From NCBI RefSeq assembly GCF_006345805.1, contig NW_021836180.1, positions 62,001 to 126,000 of the forward strand: a stretch of DNA of 64,000 bases, read 5' to 3'. The DNA comes from Octopus sinensis. Lineage: Eukaryota. This document shows, piece by piece, positions 1 to 12,551 of the stretch; the first letter of the stretch is position 1; each line of letters begins with the position of its first letter. The notes beneath the pieces are model-generated. The model was not told the origin of the DNA and ran no database searches. It saw nothing but the letters and a program-made list of their open reading frames with translations. Made by a program: the position numbers and the translations under genes.

Positions 1-2330
1 GATGAAAATGTTTGATGTATATGTCTGATGAAAATGTCTGATAACAATATTTGATAAAAATGTTTGATAAAAATGTCTGATGAAAATGTTTGATAAAAAT
101 GTCTCATGAAAATGTTTCAGGAAAGTGTCTGATGAAAATGTTTGATAAAAATGTCTGATGAAAATGTTTGATGATTTCACACTTTGTTTCTTTCTAACAG
201 CTATCAATTTTTGATGCAAATGTATGATGAAAATGTTTGATGAAAATGTTTGATGAAAATGTTTGATGCAAATGTCTGATGAAAATGTTTGCTAAAAATG
301 TTTGATGAAAATGTTTGATAAAGATATTTGATGAAAATGTTTGATGTAAATGTTTGATGAAAATGTCTGATACAAATGTTTGATGAAAATATCTGATGTA
401 AATGTTTAATGAAAATGTGCGATGAATTTGTTTGACGAAAATATCTGATGAAAATGTCTGATGAAAATGCTTGATATGTTTGAGAAAAAATATTTGATGA
501 AAATATCTGATGAAAATGTTCGATGAAAATGCTTGATGAAAATATCAGATGAAAATGTTTCATGAAAATATCTGATAAAAATGTCATTCATCATATGATG
601 AAAATGTTTGATAACAATGTTTGATGAAATTGTTTGAGGAAAATGTCTGATGAAAATGTTTGATAAAAAAGTCTGATGAAAAGGTTTGATGATTTCACAC
701 TTTGTTTCTTTCTCACATCTATCAATTTTTGATGCAAATGTATGATGAAAATGTTTGATGAAAATATTTGATGAAAATGTCTGATGAAAATATCTGATAA
801 AGTGTTTGATTAAACGGTTTGATGAAAATGTCTGATGAAAATGTCTGATAACAATGATGAAAATGTTTGATGAAATGTTTGATAAAAATGTTTGATGAAA
901 ATGTCTGATGAAAATGTTTGATGAAAATGTCTGATGGAAATGTTTGATGAAAATGTTTGATGAAAATGTCTGATGAAAATATCTGATGAAATGTTTGACG
1001 ATAATATCTGATGAAAATGTCTGAAAATGTTTGATGAAATGATTGATAAAAATGTTTGATGGAAATATCTGATGAAAATATTTGATGAAATGGTTTATGA
1101 AAATGTCTGATGAAAATGTTTGATGAAAATGTTAGATAAAAATATCTGATGAAAATGTTTGATAAAAATGTCTGCTGAAAATGTTTGATGAAAAATGTTT
1201 GATAAAAATGTCTGATAAAAATGTTTGATGAAAATGTCTGATGAAAATTTCTGTTGAAAATGTGTAATGATACTGCTTGCTGAAAATGTCTGATGAAAAA
1301 TGTTTGATAAAGATATTTGATGAAAATGTTTGATGTAAATGTTTGATGAAAATGTCTGATACAAATGTTTGATGAAAATATCTGATGTAAATGTTTAATG
1401 AAAATGTGCGATGAATTTGTTTGACGAAAATATCTGATGAAAATGTCTGATGAAAATGCTTGATATGTTTGAGAAAAAATATTTGATGAAAATATCTGAT
1501 GAAAATGTTCGATGAAAATGCTTGATGAAAATATCAGATGAAAATGTTTCATGAAAATATCTGATAAAAATGTCATTCATCATATGATGAAAATGTTTGA
1601 TAACAATGTTTGATGAAATTGTTTGAGGAAAATGTCTGATGAAAATGTTTGATAAAAAAGTCTGATGAAAAGGTTTGATGATTTCACACTTTGTTTCTTT
1701 CTCACATCTATCAATTTTTGATGCAAATGTATGATGAAAATGTTTGATGAAAATATTTGATGAAAATGTCTGATGAAAATATCTGATAAAGTGTTTGATT
1801 AAACGGTTTGATGAAAATGTCTGATGAAAATGTCTGATAACAATGATGAAAATGTTTGATGAAATGTTTGATAAAAATGTTTGATGAAAATGTCTGATGG
1901 AAATGTTTGATGAAAATGTTTGATGAAAATGTCTGATGAAAATATCTGATGAAATGTTTGACGATAATATCTGATGAAAATGTCTGAAAATGTTTGATGA
2001 AATGATTGATAAAAATGTTTGATGGAAATATCTGATGAAAATATTTGATGAAATGGTTTATGAAAATGTCTGATGAAAATATCTGATGAAAATGTTTGAT
2101 AAAAATGTCTGCTGAAAATGTTTGATGAAAAATGTTTGATAAAAATGTCTGATAAAAATGTTTGATGAAAATGTCTGATGAAAATTTCTGTTGAAAATGT
2201 GTAATGATACTGCTTGCTGAAAATGTCTGATGAAAAATGTTTGATGAAAATGTTTGATAAAAATGTTTGATGAAAATGTTTGATAAAAATATCTGATGAA
2301 AATGTTTGAGGAAAATGTCTGATGAAAATG
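1..2330. repeat. 13-bp minisatellite (GATGAAAATGTTT / GATGAAAATGTCT) with a ~0.94-0.99 kb higher-order duplication
   Basis: Unit repeats throughout. Identical ORF translations at 406-594 and 1395-1583 (offset 989). A non-unit spacer (tttcacactttgtttctttct...ctatcaattt) recurs near 175, 692 and 1682. Confidence 0.95.
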
Positions 2331-2339
2331 TCTCACATC

Positions 2340-3319
2340 TATCAATTTACATTACTTTTCTCTCCTTCGCTCATTCAAACATTCTTTGGAAATTTTTTTT
2401 CCAGCACTTCTTTCTTTACTTTTCTCCATCTCACTCTCACACACTCTCTGTCCCTCCCTCTTCCCTCTTCCCTCTCTCGCCCTCACCCCTCTCTCTCTCT
2501 CTCTCTCTCTTTATTGCATTCTCCATCCCTCTGTATTAAATGACTAACATTCACATCTTCGTTTCTCTCTTTTTCTCTCACTTCTTTACTCACCCCTTCC
2601 TTTCTTCTTTCTCTCCTTCCTTCCTACCTTCCTTCCACTTCACATTCTTTCCTCTGTCCTTATTTCAATAAACAAAGAACATCCTTTAAATGACGCCATT
2701 AACTGCTATTTTCTAATTTTCTAATCGTTCATATTAAAGTGTTGTATGTTTTGGTTGGGGCTTTATGTTTGTTACAGTTTGTTATTGCTATTATCATTAT
2801 CATTATTACCGTGATTATCATAAACCTCATCATCATCCTCATCATCCACATCATCCTCATCATCATCCTCATCATCATCATCATTATTATTATTATTATG
2901 GTCGTTATTACATATTTGTTTGCTTGTCTCAGTTAATTGTTCTACAAATCACTCATTATTTTGTTACCGTATCGCATTTCTTGCCGATAAATTAGCCCTA
3001 CATTTTAATATCATTAGCGTTTTGGTCTTCTATCATCACCGTCGTCCTCATTATCATCATCAATGATTTTTGTCTGTAATGCTAGTATGATACGTCATCA
3101 TCATCGTCGTCGTCGTCGTCATCGTCGTCGTCGCCATCATCATCGTCGTCGTCGTCATCGTCGTCGTTGTCGTCATTATCAGCAACAGCAGCAGCCACAG
3201 CACAAGCATTATTAGCACCAAAGGCGTCATCGCTTACCTTCTTTTCTTTTTCCCTTCCTTGCATCATGCATGCTTTCATAACTTTTATCATCATCGCCAT
3301 CAACGCCATTATCCTCCTC

Positions 3320-3353
<34 letters not shown>

Positions 3354-3410
3354 CTACCACCATGAGCACTACTATCAATACTACCAACCTCACAATAGTA
3401 ATAATAATCC
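2340..3410. repeat. Low-complexity block: CT-rich tract, then (ATC)n/(ATT)n/(GTC)n trinucleotide repeats
   Basis: Read directly; accounts for the poly-I/H/D/M ORFs. Confidence 0.9.
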
Positions 3411-3444
3411 TTTTTACTATAAGCTCAATACTTGGAAAGGGGAA

Positions 3445-3598
3445 CTCGGATATTCGGGTTGACCCCAGTGCGCAGCTGGTACATAAATTATTGAGCCCGA
3501 AGGAAAGATAGGCAAAGCCGAACTCAAAATCTAATGCTGGACGTGATAACACTAAGCATCTTATCCGAAGCGTTACTAATTCTCCTAGCTCGCCGCCT
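3445..3598 (-). mobile_element. Degenerate tRNA-derived SINE (ggcggcgagctggcagaa family)
   Basis: Reverse complement aligns by eye to copies at 11538 and 24735. Confidence 0.7.
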
Positions 3599-3617
3599 TA
3601 CTCAAATGATAATATAC

Positions 3618-3757
3618 TGAGACCCCCTTCGGTCATGACTGACCATGGGATTGCACCTAGAAAGTTACCCTCCTAGACACAAGTCAGGGCAAGGTTGTTT
3701 ATGGAAGACCAGTAGACGCCCATGCATACCAGTCTCCTCTCTCTCCACGCCACCGAG
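3618..3757 (-). mobile_element. 3' part of CORE-like SINE
   Basis: Reverse complement of the 25140-25283 and 33030-33170 segments (gggtctc end). Confidence 0.8.
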
Positions 3758-4364
3758 GACATTTAAATTCTTTCTTGTTCTACGTATGAAACATCTAGGC
3801 CTTCTGCCTTCTAGTAACTGTCTCAAAAATGTTCGGCGGTCTACTTTTTCCGAGCATCTACGTATCATACTAGCATTACAGACAAATTCCGTGTTTCTCA
3901 TGTTAACAGCAAACAGTTCTCTGAAATCTTTTATGAAGATCACATAAACCGATTATTCACTTTTATTGGTAACTGCTGTTACTCAGATAAATCATGTTAT
4001 CTCCACAAAAACAGCGCGAACATTTTGAGGTCGTGTAACCACAGTTGTGTTTTTCCTCGCAATGAGGTCTGCTAAATCACAAGAGTTTCCTTGCTCTACA
4101 CTAAACATCTAAGCCTTCTGTCTACCACTATCTGTCTCAAGTTTTGTCCATACGCTTTTTTCCGAGTGTGTACCTATTATACAGACATTACAAATTCCAT
4201 GACACTCCTCGCATTTGTTCATCCTGACTCAACCTTCTGCAATATTTTATAAACAAACTGATGGTTCTGTCATTTCTCAAACCTTGACAAATCATTTTAT
4301 CGCAACAAAAAGATACATAAGCGTTAACGCTTTGCGATCATATAACCACAGTCGCGCTTTTAGT

Positions 4365-5695
4365 CAGTTCCGAAGATTTCATGGAAAGTTGCGGAGATTC
4401 CCCAATTCCTAGAAAATTGGTCGGAAACTTCCTTGAAAGTTCCAAGGATTTCATGGAAAGTTCAAGGTATTACCCAACACCCAAGAAAATTGGCCGGAAA
4501 CGTCCTGGGAAGTTTCGAGGATTTCATGGTAAGTTCCGAGATTCCCCAACTTGCTGCAAAAATTTGTAGGAAAATTCATTGGAAGTTCCGAGGATTTGAT
4601 GGAAAGTTCTGGGGATATCCTCAACTTTCTGTAAAATTGGTCGGAAACTTCCTTGGAAGTTTCGCGGATTTCATGGAAAGTTCCAGGATTTCCCCAACTT
4701 CCTAGATAATCGGTCGGAAATTTCCTGGAAAGTACCGACGATTCAATGGAAAGTATCGGGGATTCCACCAATTTCCTGGAAAGTTGGTCGGAGACTTCCT
4801 GGAAAGTTCCGGGGATTTCGTGGAAAATTCCGCGGATTCCAAAACATCCTGAAAAATTGGTCAGAAAGTTCCGAGGATTTCATGGAAGCTTCATGAAATT
4901 TCCTAAACTTCTTGGAAACTTCCTGGGAAGTTCCGAGGATTTCATGGAAAGTCCCGGTGATTCCCCAAATTCATGGGAAAATATTCAGAAACTTCCTGGA
5001 ATGTTCCGATGATTTCATGGAATGTTCCGGGGATTCCCGTACTTCCTGGAAAATTGATCGAAAACTTCTTGGAAAGTCCCGTGGATTTTATGGGAATTCC
5101 AAGGGTTTTCTGACTTCGTGTAAATTGGTATAAAACTTCCTAGAAAGTTCCGAGGATTATCTAACTTCCTTGTAAATTGGTCGAAAACTTCCTGGAAAGT
5201 TCCGAGGAGTTTCTAGCTTCCTTGTAAATTGGTCGAGAACTTCCAGGAAAGTTCCGTGGATTTTTTTAACTTCCTTGTAAATTGGTCGAAAACTTCCTGG
5301 AAAGTTCAGAAGATTTTTGTAAATTTCTGGAAATTGATCGAAAACTTCCTGGAAAGTTACGATGATTTTCTAACTTCCTTGTAAATTGGTCGAAAACTTT
5401 CTGGAAAGTTCCGAGGATTTTCTGACTTCCTTGTAAATTGGTCGAAAACTTCCTGGAAAGTTCCGAGAATTTTCTAACCTCCTGGAAATTGGTCGGGAAA
5501 CGTCCTGGAAAGTTCCGAGGATTATCTAACTTCCTTGTAAATTGGTCGAAAACGTCCTGAAAAGATCCGAGGATTTTCTAACTTCCTGGAAAATTGGTCG
5601 AAAACTTCCTAGAAGTTCCGAGGATTGTATAACTTCCTGGAAAATTGGTTGAAAACTTCATGGAAATTTCCGAGGATTTTATGGAAAGTTCAACA
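4365..5695. repeat. Satellite with ~73-74 bp units (4365-5120) switching to ~52 bp units (5120-5695); core aacttcctggaaagtt
   Basis: Spacing of the recurrent aaattggtcg motif. Confidence 0.9.
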
Positions 5696-5764
5696 AGAAT
5701 TTCCGGCGGTGCAGCTGTCACTTATAAACCCACGTGTGTTTATTTACATTTCTGAAGGAAAAAA

Positions 5765-6113
5765 AAACCTTTACCCTTACCCTTAACCCTAACCCCACAA
5801 TCTTTCATTTATACGAACGTGACTGATATGAAATATGTCATAAATATCAGTGACAAACTAAATTGAGACCGCAGGAAGTTGTTGATAAATAACAGCAGAA
5901 ATTGTATTCACCTCAATAGACGTCATTGATTGGTTGAAATTGCCGAAATGCAAGAAATTTAATAACAAATAGCTTACAAACTACAGAATTTTCTCAAGAA
6001 AGCCAAGAGAAAAAGATGTTTTATGTAACAGATTCTACCAGTATACGAAGTTTAAAAGTGTTTAGTTACAAAGAAATTATTTTTTAAATCTGCCGGTCAA
6101 AGTGAAAAGATCC
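5765..6113 (-). mobile_element. One arm of a long-TIR MITE with an adjacent (CCCTAA)-like tract
   Basis: Reverse complement of the arms at 43236 and 44514; cctttacccttacccttaaccctaacccc at 5768-5797. Confidence 0.75.
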
Positions 6114-6920
6114 AAACTTTCAAGTATGTCTATACTAGCATTAGTTTTATACATACATTTTTAATCTCAAAGTAGGCTGAAACAACACTGTAAGCTTACA
6201 GCTCTATCCTTGGTCTGTGGTTGGCCGAATAAATAAGCTCCCTCTACTGCGTCCAATTGTCACTTATATAATGTGTCTGCGGCCATGTTTAATTGAGTTC
6301 CTTAACTTCGTTTCTCCAAGAGTTTGTAGTTTGGTTCTATCGTGTTTGCGCTGGCGTCTCTCTGACAAGAACAACTCTTCGTCCAAGTGCGCTAACAGTA
6401 TCGACCAATCTCAATGCCGTTATCTCCCATGTTTACTAGAAACATTTCTATCAAGTCTCTTTCTATATACACAAAGTACATCTAATGTCTTCACACATTC
6501 ATTCACCACTACAGGCATCTCTATAAAACACAACTTTACCGAAATCTTATACAAGGCATTACATTGTATGTAACCCACTGCTGTGAATAAACTTTACAAT
6601 TGAACCAGTTGAGTTCTGTCCGTCTGTTTCTGTATACCAATTTCCCGTCCTTCCTTACTATTGAACAAACACATAGACACAGTTTTTAACGAGATACCAC
6701 TGTGGACACTTCATTGTGTTATAGCAACAAGCTACAAAGTAGTGACAAATTCACTATAATAGTGACCACCTTCACTATACTAATGACCAAAGACAGTCGG
6801 TGACCCCTTCACTATAACTTCCTCTTGGTTGGCCGCACTGCCTTCAGTTTTCGCATGCTGAAAGGAGGTACTCTTGTGGTTAAGTAACCGTGGTTTGACC
6901 GTTCTTTCTTGTGTTATGGA

Positions 6921-7545
6921 ATGAATACGGTCGCTCCGGTGGCAGTGTGCACCAAGGAAGAACGGAGATCAGTGGTCCGATTTCTCTGGTCTGAAGGTGT
7001 GTCAGGGGCTGAAATTCACCGCAGGTTTTCATTACAATATAGGGAAAGCACGCTACCATGTATGAGTAATATGTATGAGTGAGTCGAGAAGTTTAAAAAA
7101 CGGCAGGACAAGAGTGAAGTCGAAGTGGGAGCACGATGCCCATCAATCTCCACCGCTGACATGAAGATCCAAGAAGCTCGAGGAAGGGCTCTGCCGAAAC
7201 AATAACTGATCATCGATGAGGTGGTATGTTCTACGCAAATTAGTCAAGGTTCAGCATATGAAATCACTCAGGATAAGCTTCACTTCCATAAAGTCTGTGC
7301 GAGAGATACTATCAGTACCAAAAGAGCTTACCGAAGCACATAAGCGCAATCGTGTGAAGCTCTGCCAACAGCTACCACGATGATGGTGAAGCGTTTTTTT
7401 TAATGAATAGCCACAGGAGATGTGCACTGGTTCCATTACTTTGAGTCAGAATTCAAAAGGCAGAGAATGGATCGTAAACACCCAGAATCACCAGCGAAAA
7501 ATAAATTCAAAGCTGACTTACGCAGAAGAAGTAATGGTCACATTA
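6921..7545 (+). mobile_element. Decayed mariner-family transposase, N-terminal part
   Basis: EERRSVVRFLWSEGVSGAEIHRR helix-turn-helix region, VPKELT linker and IATGDVHWFHYFESEFKRQ (first catalytic Asp region), broken by stops and frameshifts. Confidence 0.85.
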
Positions 7546-7611
7546 ATTGTCATTGCACAGCAATGCACGTGTGTCATTTTGTCAGTCTGTCTGTCTCTCT
7601 GTTTAAATTTG

Positions 7612-7797
7612 GTTTTTTCCTTGAGGCTGGCCAAATTGGAGCAATCTAGAGTATAACCAGCCGAAATTGCATTGATAATCTGGAACTCGACTGAGGAAAG
7701 AAAACTCCGAATGACCCGTCCTTGTTCTTGTCCCATTTTTATATTCCTTTTTATATACATATGGCGGGGTACGTACACTTTGGTTTCTTATATGTAA

Positions 7798-7846
<49 letters not shown>

Positions 7847-8439
7847 ACGACTCTGTTATCCTTTCATTCTTTCTTTCTATCAGCCCCTTCACACTTACTT
7901 CACTCTTTCCACACTTCATTCTTTCATTTCCCCTCTCACATTTCCTGGCTTTCTCTTCATTCTTACCTTCCCCCCTCTTTCACTTCACTCTGTCTTTTTT
8001 CTCGTCCTTCCTTAATTCTTCAATCTCTTTGCTTCTACTTCCCTCCTCTCTCTTCACGTAACCGGTGTTCGGCCTGACCTTTCTTTCTTAGTTCGACTAC
8101 CATCCGTGCAACGTTTATATTCCTCCCCATGCCTGTCATCTCTTATGTCTCTGTCGTAAGGCTTCACTTCCGCACACGCCAGCTTGATTTAATTCATCCT
8201 TAGTCGAAAGACACCTGTTGTTAATGTCCTGTTATTTGCATTTGTATTTGTGTCTCCATTTTTTCTGTCCTAGTTTTTGTATACATTCGCTGCTTTCTTC
8301 CAATAAATCTAGTGCTCTTAGCTTAGTTTTTCCTTGGGGCTGGCCAGATTGGAGCAATCTCGAGTATAACCAGCCGAAATTGCATTGATAATCTGGAACT
8401 CGACCGAGGAAAGAAAACTCCGAATGACCCGTCCTTGTT
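7612..8439 (+). repeat. ~113-bp direct repeat pair (7612-7726 and 8326-8439)
   Basis: About 5 mismatches between copies; read directly. Confidence 0.85.
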
Positions 8440-8829
8440 TTTTCCTGTCCCTTTTTTGTATCATTTGTCTGGATGTTTTGCATTCTTGTCTCCTTTTTTG
8501 TATCCCTGACTAATTGAGTTGTCAACAAGTGACTAACTGATTTTTGCTTGGGGGTTCTTGTTTTTATAACTATCTAGAAGGATAGACATATCGTTGAGAA
8601 TAATGGATTTCGTTGGTGGTACTTGTTATCTTAATTCTAGCTTTTGGTGAAGTAGAAGGGGTTAGAAGGGTCAATTGCTGAAGACATTACGCATTTCGGC
8701 CTAGCTAAGGCATCTGACAAATGTAAACTGTCACAGGAAAATTATTGTTCCAACGTGAGAAAAGTTCTGTTGAACTGTTACTTGAAATTTGGCTATGGTG
8801 GATCGAAATCCACTTCATGCCTGCATGAT

Positions 8830-8831
<2 letters not shown>

Positions 8832-8918
<87 letters not shown>

Positions 8919-8931
8919 AATGTAAAATAAT

Positions 8932-8985
<54 letters not shown>

Positions 8986-9011
8986 GAGAGAGAGAGGGGG
9001 CGAGGGAGAGA

Positions 9012-9044
<33 letters not shown>

Positions 9045-9068
9045 GAGGAGGAGGAGGAGGAGTAGTAG
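8832..9068. repeat. Compound microsatellite (TA)n-(TG)n-(TA)n-(GA)n-(TAG)n-(GAG)n
   Basis: Read directly. Confidence 0.95.
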
Positions 9069-9910
9069 TATCTGTCGGTCTTGAGAGGCCATAGATTTGC
9101 GGCCGAAGAAATTATGTCAGCTGTTGATGCTTGTGCAGCGTCACACACACACACACACACACACACACAAGATGGTCTGTAGAAGAAAAGGCGCCAAAGA
9201 CAAGATTGTTAATGATAGGTTGCTTATCCCCAAAATGGTTAGGGTTTTTTTTGTTTTACAACATCGTCAAAGGTCAACCCAGCAACTGATAAAAACAAAT
9301 TCTTAGTGTGTTTACGAGGGACCTGAATGGTTAGCTGCATGCTGATGTCATAAATCCCTGACAAATCTTTTTGGGTGTTTACAATTATTTTTACGTCTGA
9401 GCACAGAGGGTTCGAGTTCAATTTCTAGATATATACCTGTTAGCTGGTTTAACAATAGTGTTGATTTTCATACTCCAATCCACGTAACGGGCTCCCAAAC
9501 AGGTCCCGCCCGCGCAGTTGCCCTTAGAGAGCTTGGGGCGACACAAGGCTATATACCAAAAATCACTTGCTTAGAATATTGCGAATGAGATAGAATCGGT
9601 TCTTTGAGGTTGTAAAACGAATTTCTTACCATTTAGCTATGTTGCATCCTGCGATACAAAGACCCACCTTCCTCATACGGAGTTTCACACTAATTCTACT
9701 TCGGGTTTAATTTTACTGTACACCTGTCTACGGAGTACTCGTCCACACACATGCTAATGTTTTTGAGTGTGAACGCACGTGGCTAAGTGATTAGGATATT
9801 TGACTAACAATCATAAGGTCGTGAGCAGTGGTGGCTCGTAGATAAAATTAGTTGGGGTGCAGCTTCAGAAAACTTTTAGCCATTGTTTTAATATTGTATG
9901 AAAGGAAACA

Positions 9911-9947
<37 letters not shown>

Positions 9948-10142
9948 TTGTCTATATATCTACTTTCTCTATAATGTTGCCACTTGATTTGAAAGTTTTT
10001 GTATTAATGGAAAACCTCTATAATTGGCTGATGAGTACTCAGCATCTTAAATCTGTTGTAATACTTACAACATTTAATAAAATGATGTAGTACGAAATGA
10101 TCGTACCAAATTACCGGAGTCATTCTTGTTGCTTATTTTGAT

Positions 10143-10174
<32 letters not shown>

Positions 10175-10813
10175 TACATAAACTTGATTGGTTCACGTTT
10201 TAGCCACTGCCGAGTAGTGTGTTTAATTTGTTCAGTGAACACCATCACGAATACCCCCTTGTTTTCCAAAGAATATAAACACGTATGTATGTATATTTTT
10301 CAAAGAATATAAACATGTATGTATGAATGTATAAGTGGAGATTTGCATGTTTTATTTTTTGTATGCATTCTCAAGTACATAGTTGCATATCTAGACATGC
10401 TCATATATATTTAAGTGATAAACTTCTGGAAAGTTTTACAGATTTTTACAGTTCCAGTGATGGATAGGATCTGTAGTCTTCGAATTAGCTTTCTCCTTTA
10501 TGGTTCTGAGAAGCCTAATTTCTCGAGAGTGTTATTTAGGCAATGTGTTATATATCCTAGAGCCTCAATAATTACAGATATAAACCTGAACTTGTAATCT
10601 GGATAGAGTAACTGTAGATTTCTCAATAGTTCAGCATAGGTGTTCTGTTTTTCACTGATCTTCAGCTATATGTTAACATCCGCAGTCTCCCTTCTCTGGG
10701 TATGCGTGCGTGCGTGCAAGGGAAATAACTTCCACTAGCAGAAAAAATTACACGAGTGATTTCCCTTGTACTCTTCCAACCAACTTAATACGTTATTCAT
10801 TCACGTCTCAATG

Positions 10814-11045
10814 TGGCGAACTGGCAGAATCGTTAGCAGGCTGGACACCGGTATTTCGCCCGTCTGAGTTCAAATTTTGCCGAGGTCGACTTTGCTTTTC
10901 ATTCTTTCGGGGTCGATAAATTAAGTTCCATTTACGCACTGTCGGGGTCGATAAATTAAGTTCCATTTACGCACTGGGATCGATTTTAATCGACTTAATC
11001 CCTCACCACCCAAATTTCAGGCTTTGTACCTATAGTAGAAATGTT
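10814..11045 (+). mobile_element. tRNA-derived SINE with a short internal tandem duplication
   Basis: A-box-like tggcagaatcgttag, B-box-like gagttcaaatt; tcggggtcgataaattaagttccatttacgcactg occurs twice. Confidence 0.8.
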
Positions 11046-11072
11046 ATTCATTCATGTGTCATCAATGGGATG

Positions 11073-11116
<44 letters not shown>

Positions 11117-11127
11117 ACTCTCTCTCA

Positions 11128-11167
<40 letters not shown>

Positions 11168-11537
11168 CATACTTTGTGTTCTCGCCAAAACCATCTCATA
11201 TTTTCCTTGGCAAAACGAAGAATACACGGGGGACGCGCTGGAACAACCACTCCGACTTGAGGGCAGAAGGTGTAAATGTTAGTGAGTTTATTTATATGAA
11301 AGTTGGATTTAGTGACGTGTTAGTGGTTGGGTTATTCGGTAAGGTCTGAGTTCGATTCCTGTCCTCGCGCTGTGTTTTGGAGCAAAGCACTTCATTTCAT
11401 ACTGTTCCAGTCTGTTCAGTGGGAAGAAATTGAGTAGTGCTTGTAATTCGAAGGATTTATCACATTCAGCCTTGTTACATTCTTGAGAACTATGTTAAGA
11501 GGATACGTGTATGTTGAATACTCAGCCACTTGTACAG

Positions 11538-11746
11538 TGAGCTGGCAGAAACATTAGCACGCTGGGTGAAATGCTTAGCAGTATTTCGTCTGTCTTTGTG
11601 TTCTGAGTTCAAATTCCACTGAAGTCGACTTTGTATTTCACCCTTTCAGGGTCGATAAATTAAGTACCAGTTGCGTACTGGGGTCGATCTAATCGACTGA
11701 CACCCTCCCCACAAAATTTCGGGCCTTGTGCCAAGAGTAGAAAAGA
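11538..11746 (+). mobile_element. tRNA-derived SINE
   Basis: Same family as the 10814, 20756 and 24735 copies; A/B boxes present. Confidence 0.85.
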
Positions 11747-12390
11747 ATTTCACGAACAGACCGTCCCATCGATTGGATCAATCGAAACTTGTGTCGTCGT
11801 GCCAGTGGGTTAACTGGTATGGGAATTAGTTTATTGGTGAATCAGAATAAGAATTCATTGTACTGGTGTAAGAATTAGAAGGTCTTTGATATAAGTCCTG
11901 GTAGCACAAGGGGGAGTCATAGTCACCTCAGTACTGCAAGCGTTAGTGATGTATGTGTTTGCAGTGTAAACATTTGTAGGACTATTTAGATGAAATGATG
12001 TATGTAGTAAGTGCAGAAAGTCTTCCTCAGAAATTTAACATTTGGGCTAATATTCACACATTCTTTTAGTCTTTTATTCTTTTACTTGTTTCAGTCATTT
12101 CACTGCAGCCATGCTGGAGCACCGTCTTTAGTCTCAAACAAATCGACTATAGGACTTATTCTTTGAAAGTCTAATACTTATTCTACCAGTCTCTTTTGGG
12201 ACATAAATTAGAATGATATTTTGATGGAAGGTTATAATTTAGATGACATAAAAACAGGAAGTTTGAGTCACTGAATCCTCAAAAGTGCTTAAATGTTTTT
12301 TTTTAATCTTGTTTTTAGTCTTGGAAATATATTTACATTTCACACAAAAAATAACACAAAATCAATAAATACAGGATTATGGTTTTATAT

Positions 12391-12396
12391 TTTATT
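12391..12396 (-). promoter_or_regulatory. Candidate polyadenylation signal (AATAAA) of VWA5A-like copy 1
   Basis: ~155 nt past the stop, inside a 3' block conserved in all four copies; also at 21504-21509 and 45903-45908; AATGAA at 47686-47691 in copy 3. Confidence 0.5.
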
Positions 12397-12551
12397 ATAT
12401 TTTACAGCTGTATAGATATACAAGATATTTTTTTACTGATATTTCAGAGGAATTAGTTGAGTGAAATATACATATATAATTCAAAATATTATAGTATTTT
12501 TCTCGGTTATACAGTAGTGAAAGTTTTAAAATATGAAATAAACAGAAATCG

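Noticed and set aside
1-2330. CTGA/TGATGA motifs resembling box C/D or a hammerhead core
   Set aside because: No flanking stems or guide regions; a by-product of the repeat unit.
204-2345. Long minus-strand ORFs (up to 284 aa, FHQTFSSNIFIK repeats)
   Set aside because: Translation of the 13-bp satellite; one strand simply lacks stops.
2739-3552. Poly-Ile/His/Asp/Met ORFs
   Set aside because: Trinucleotide microsatellites.
4365-5695. CRISPR-like array of palindromic repeats
   Set aside because: Inter-repeat sequences are homologous rather than unique spacers; no cas genes; eukaryotic context.
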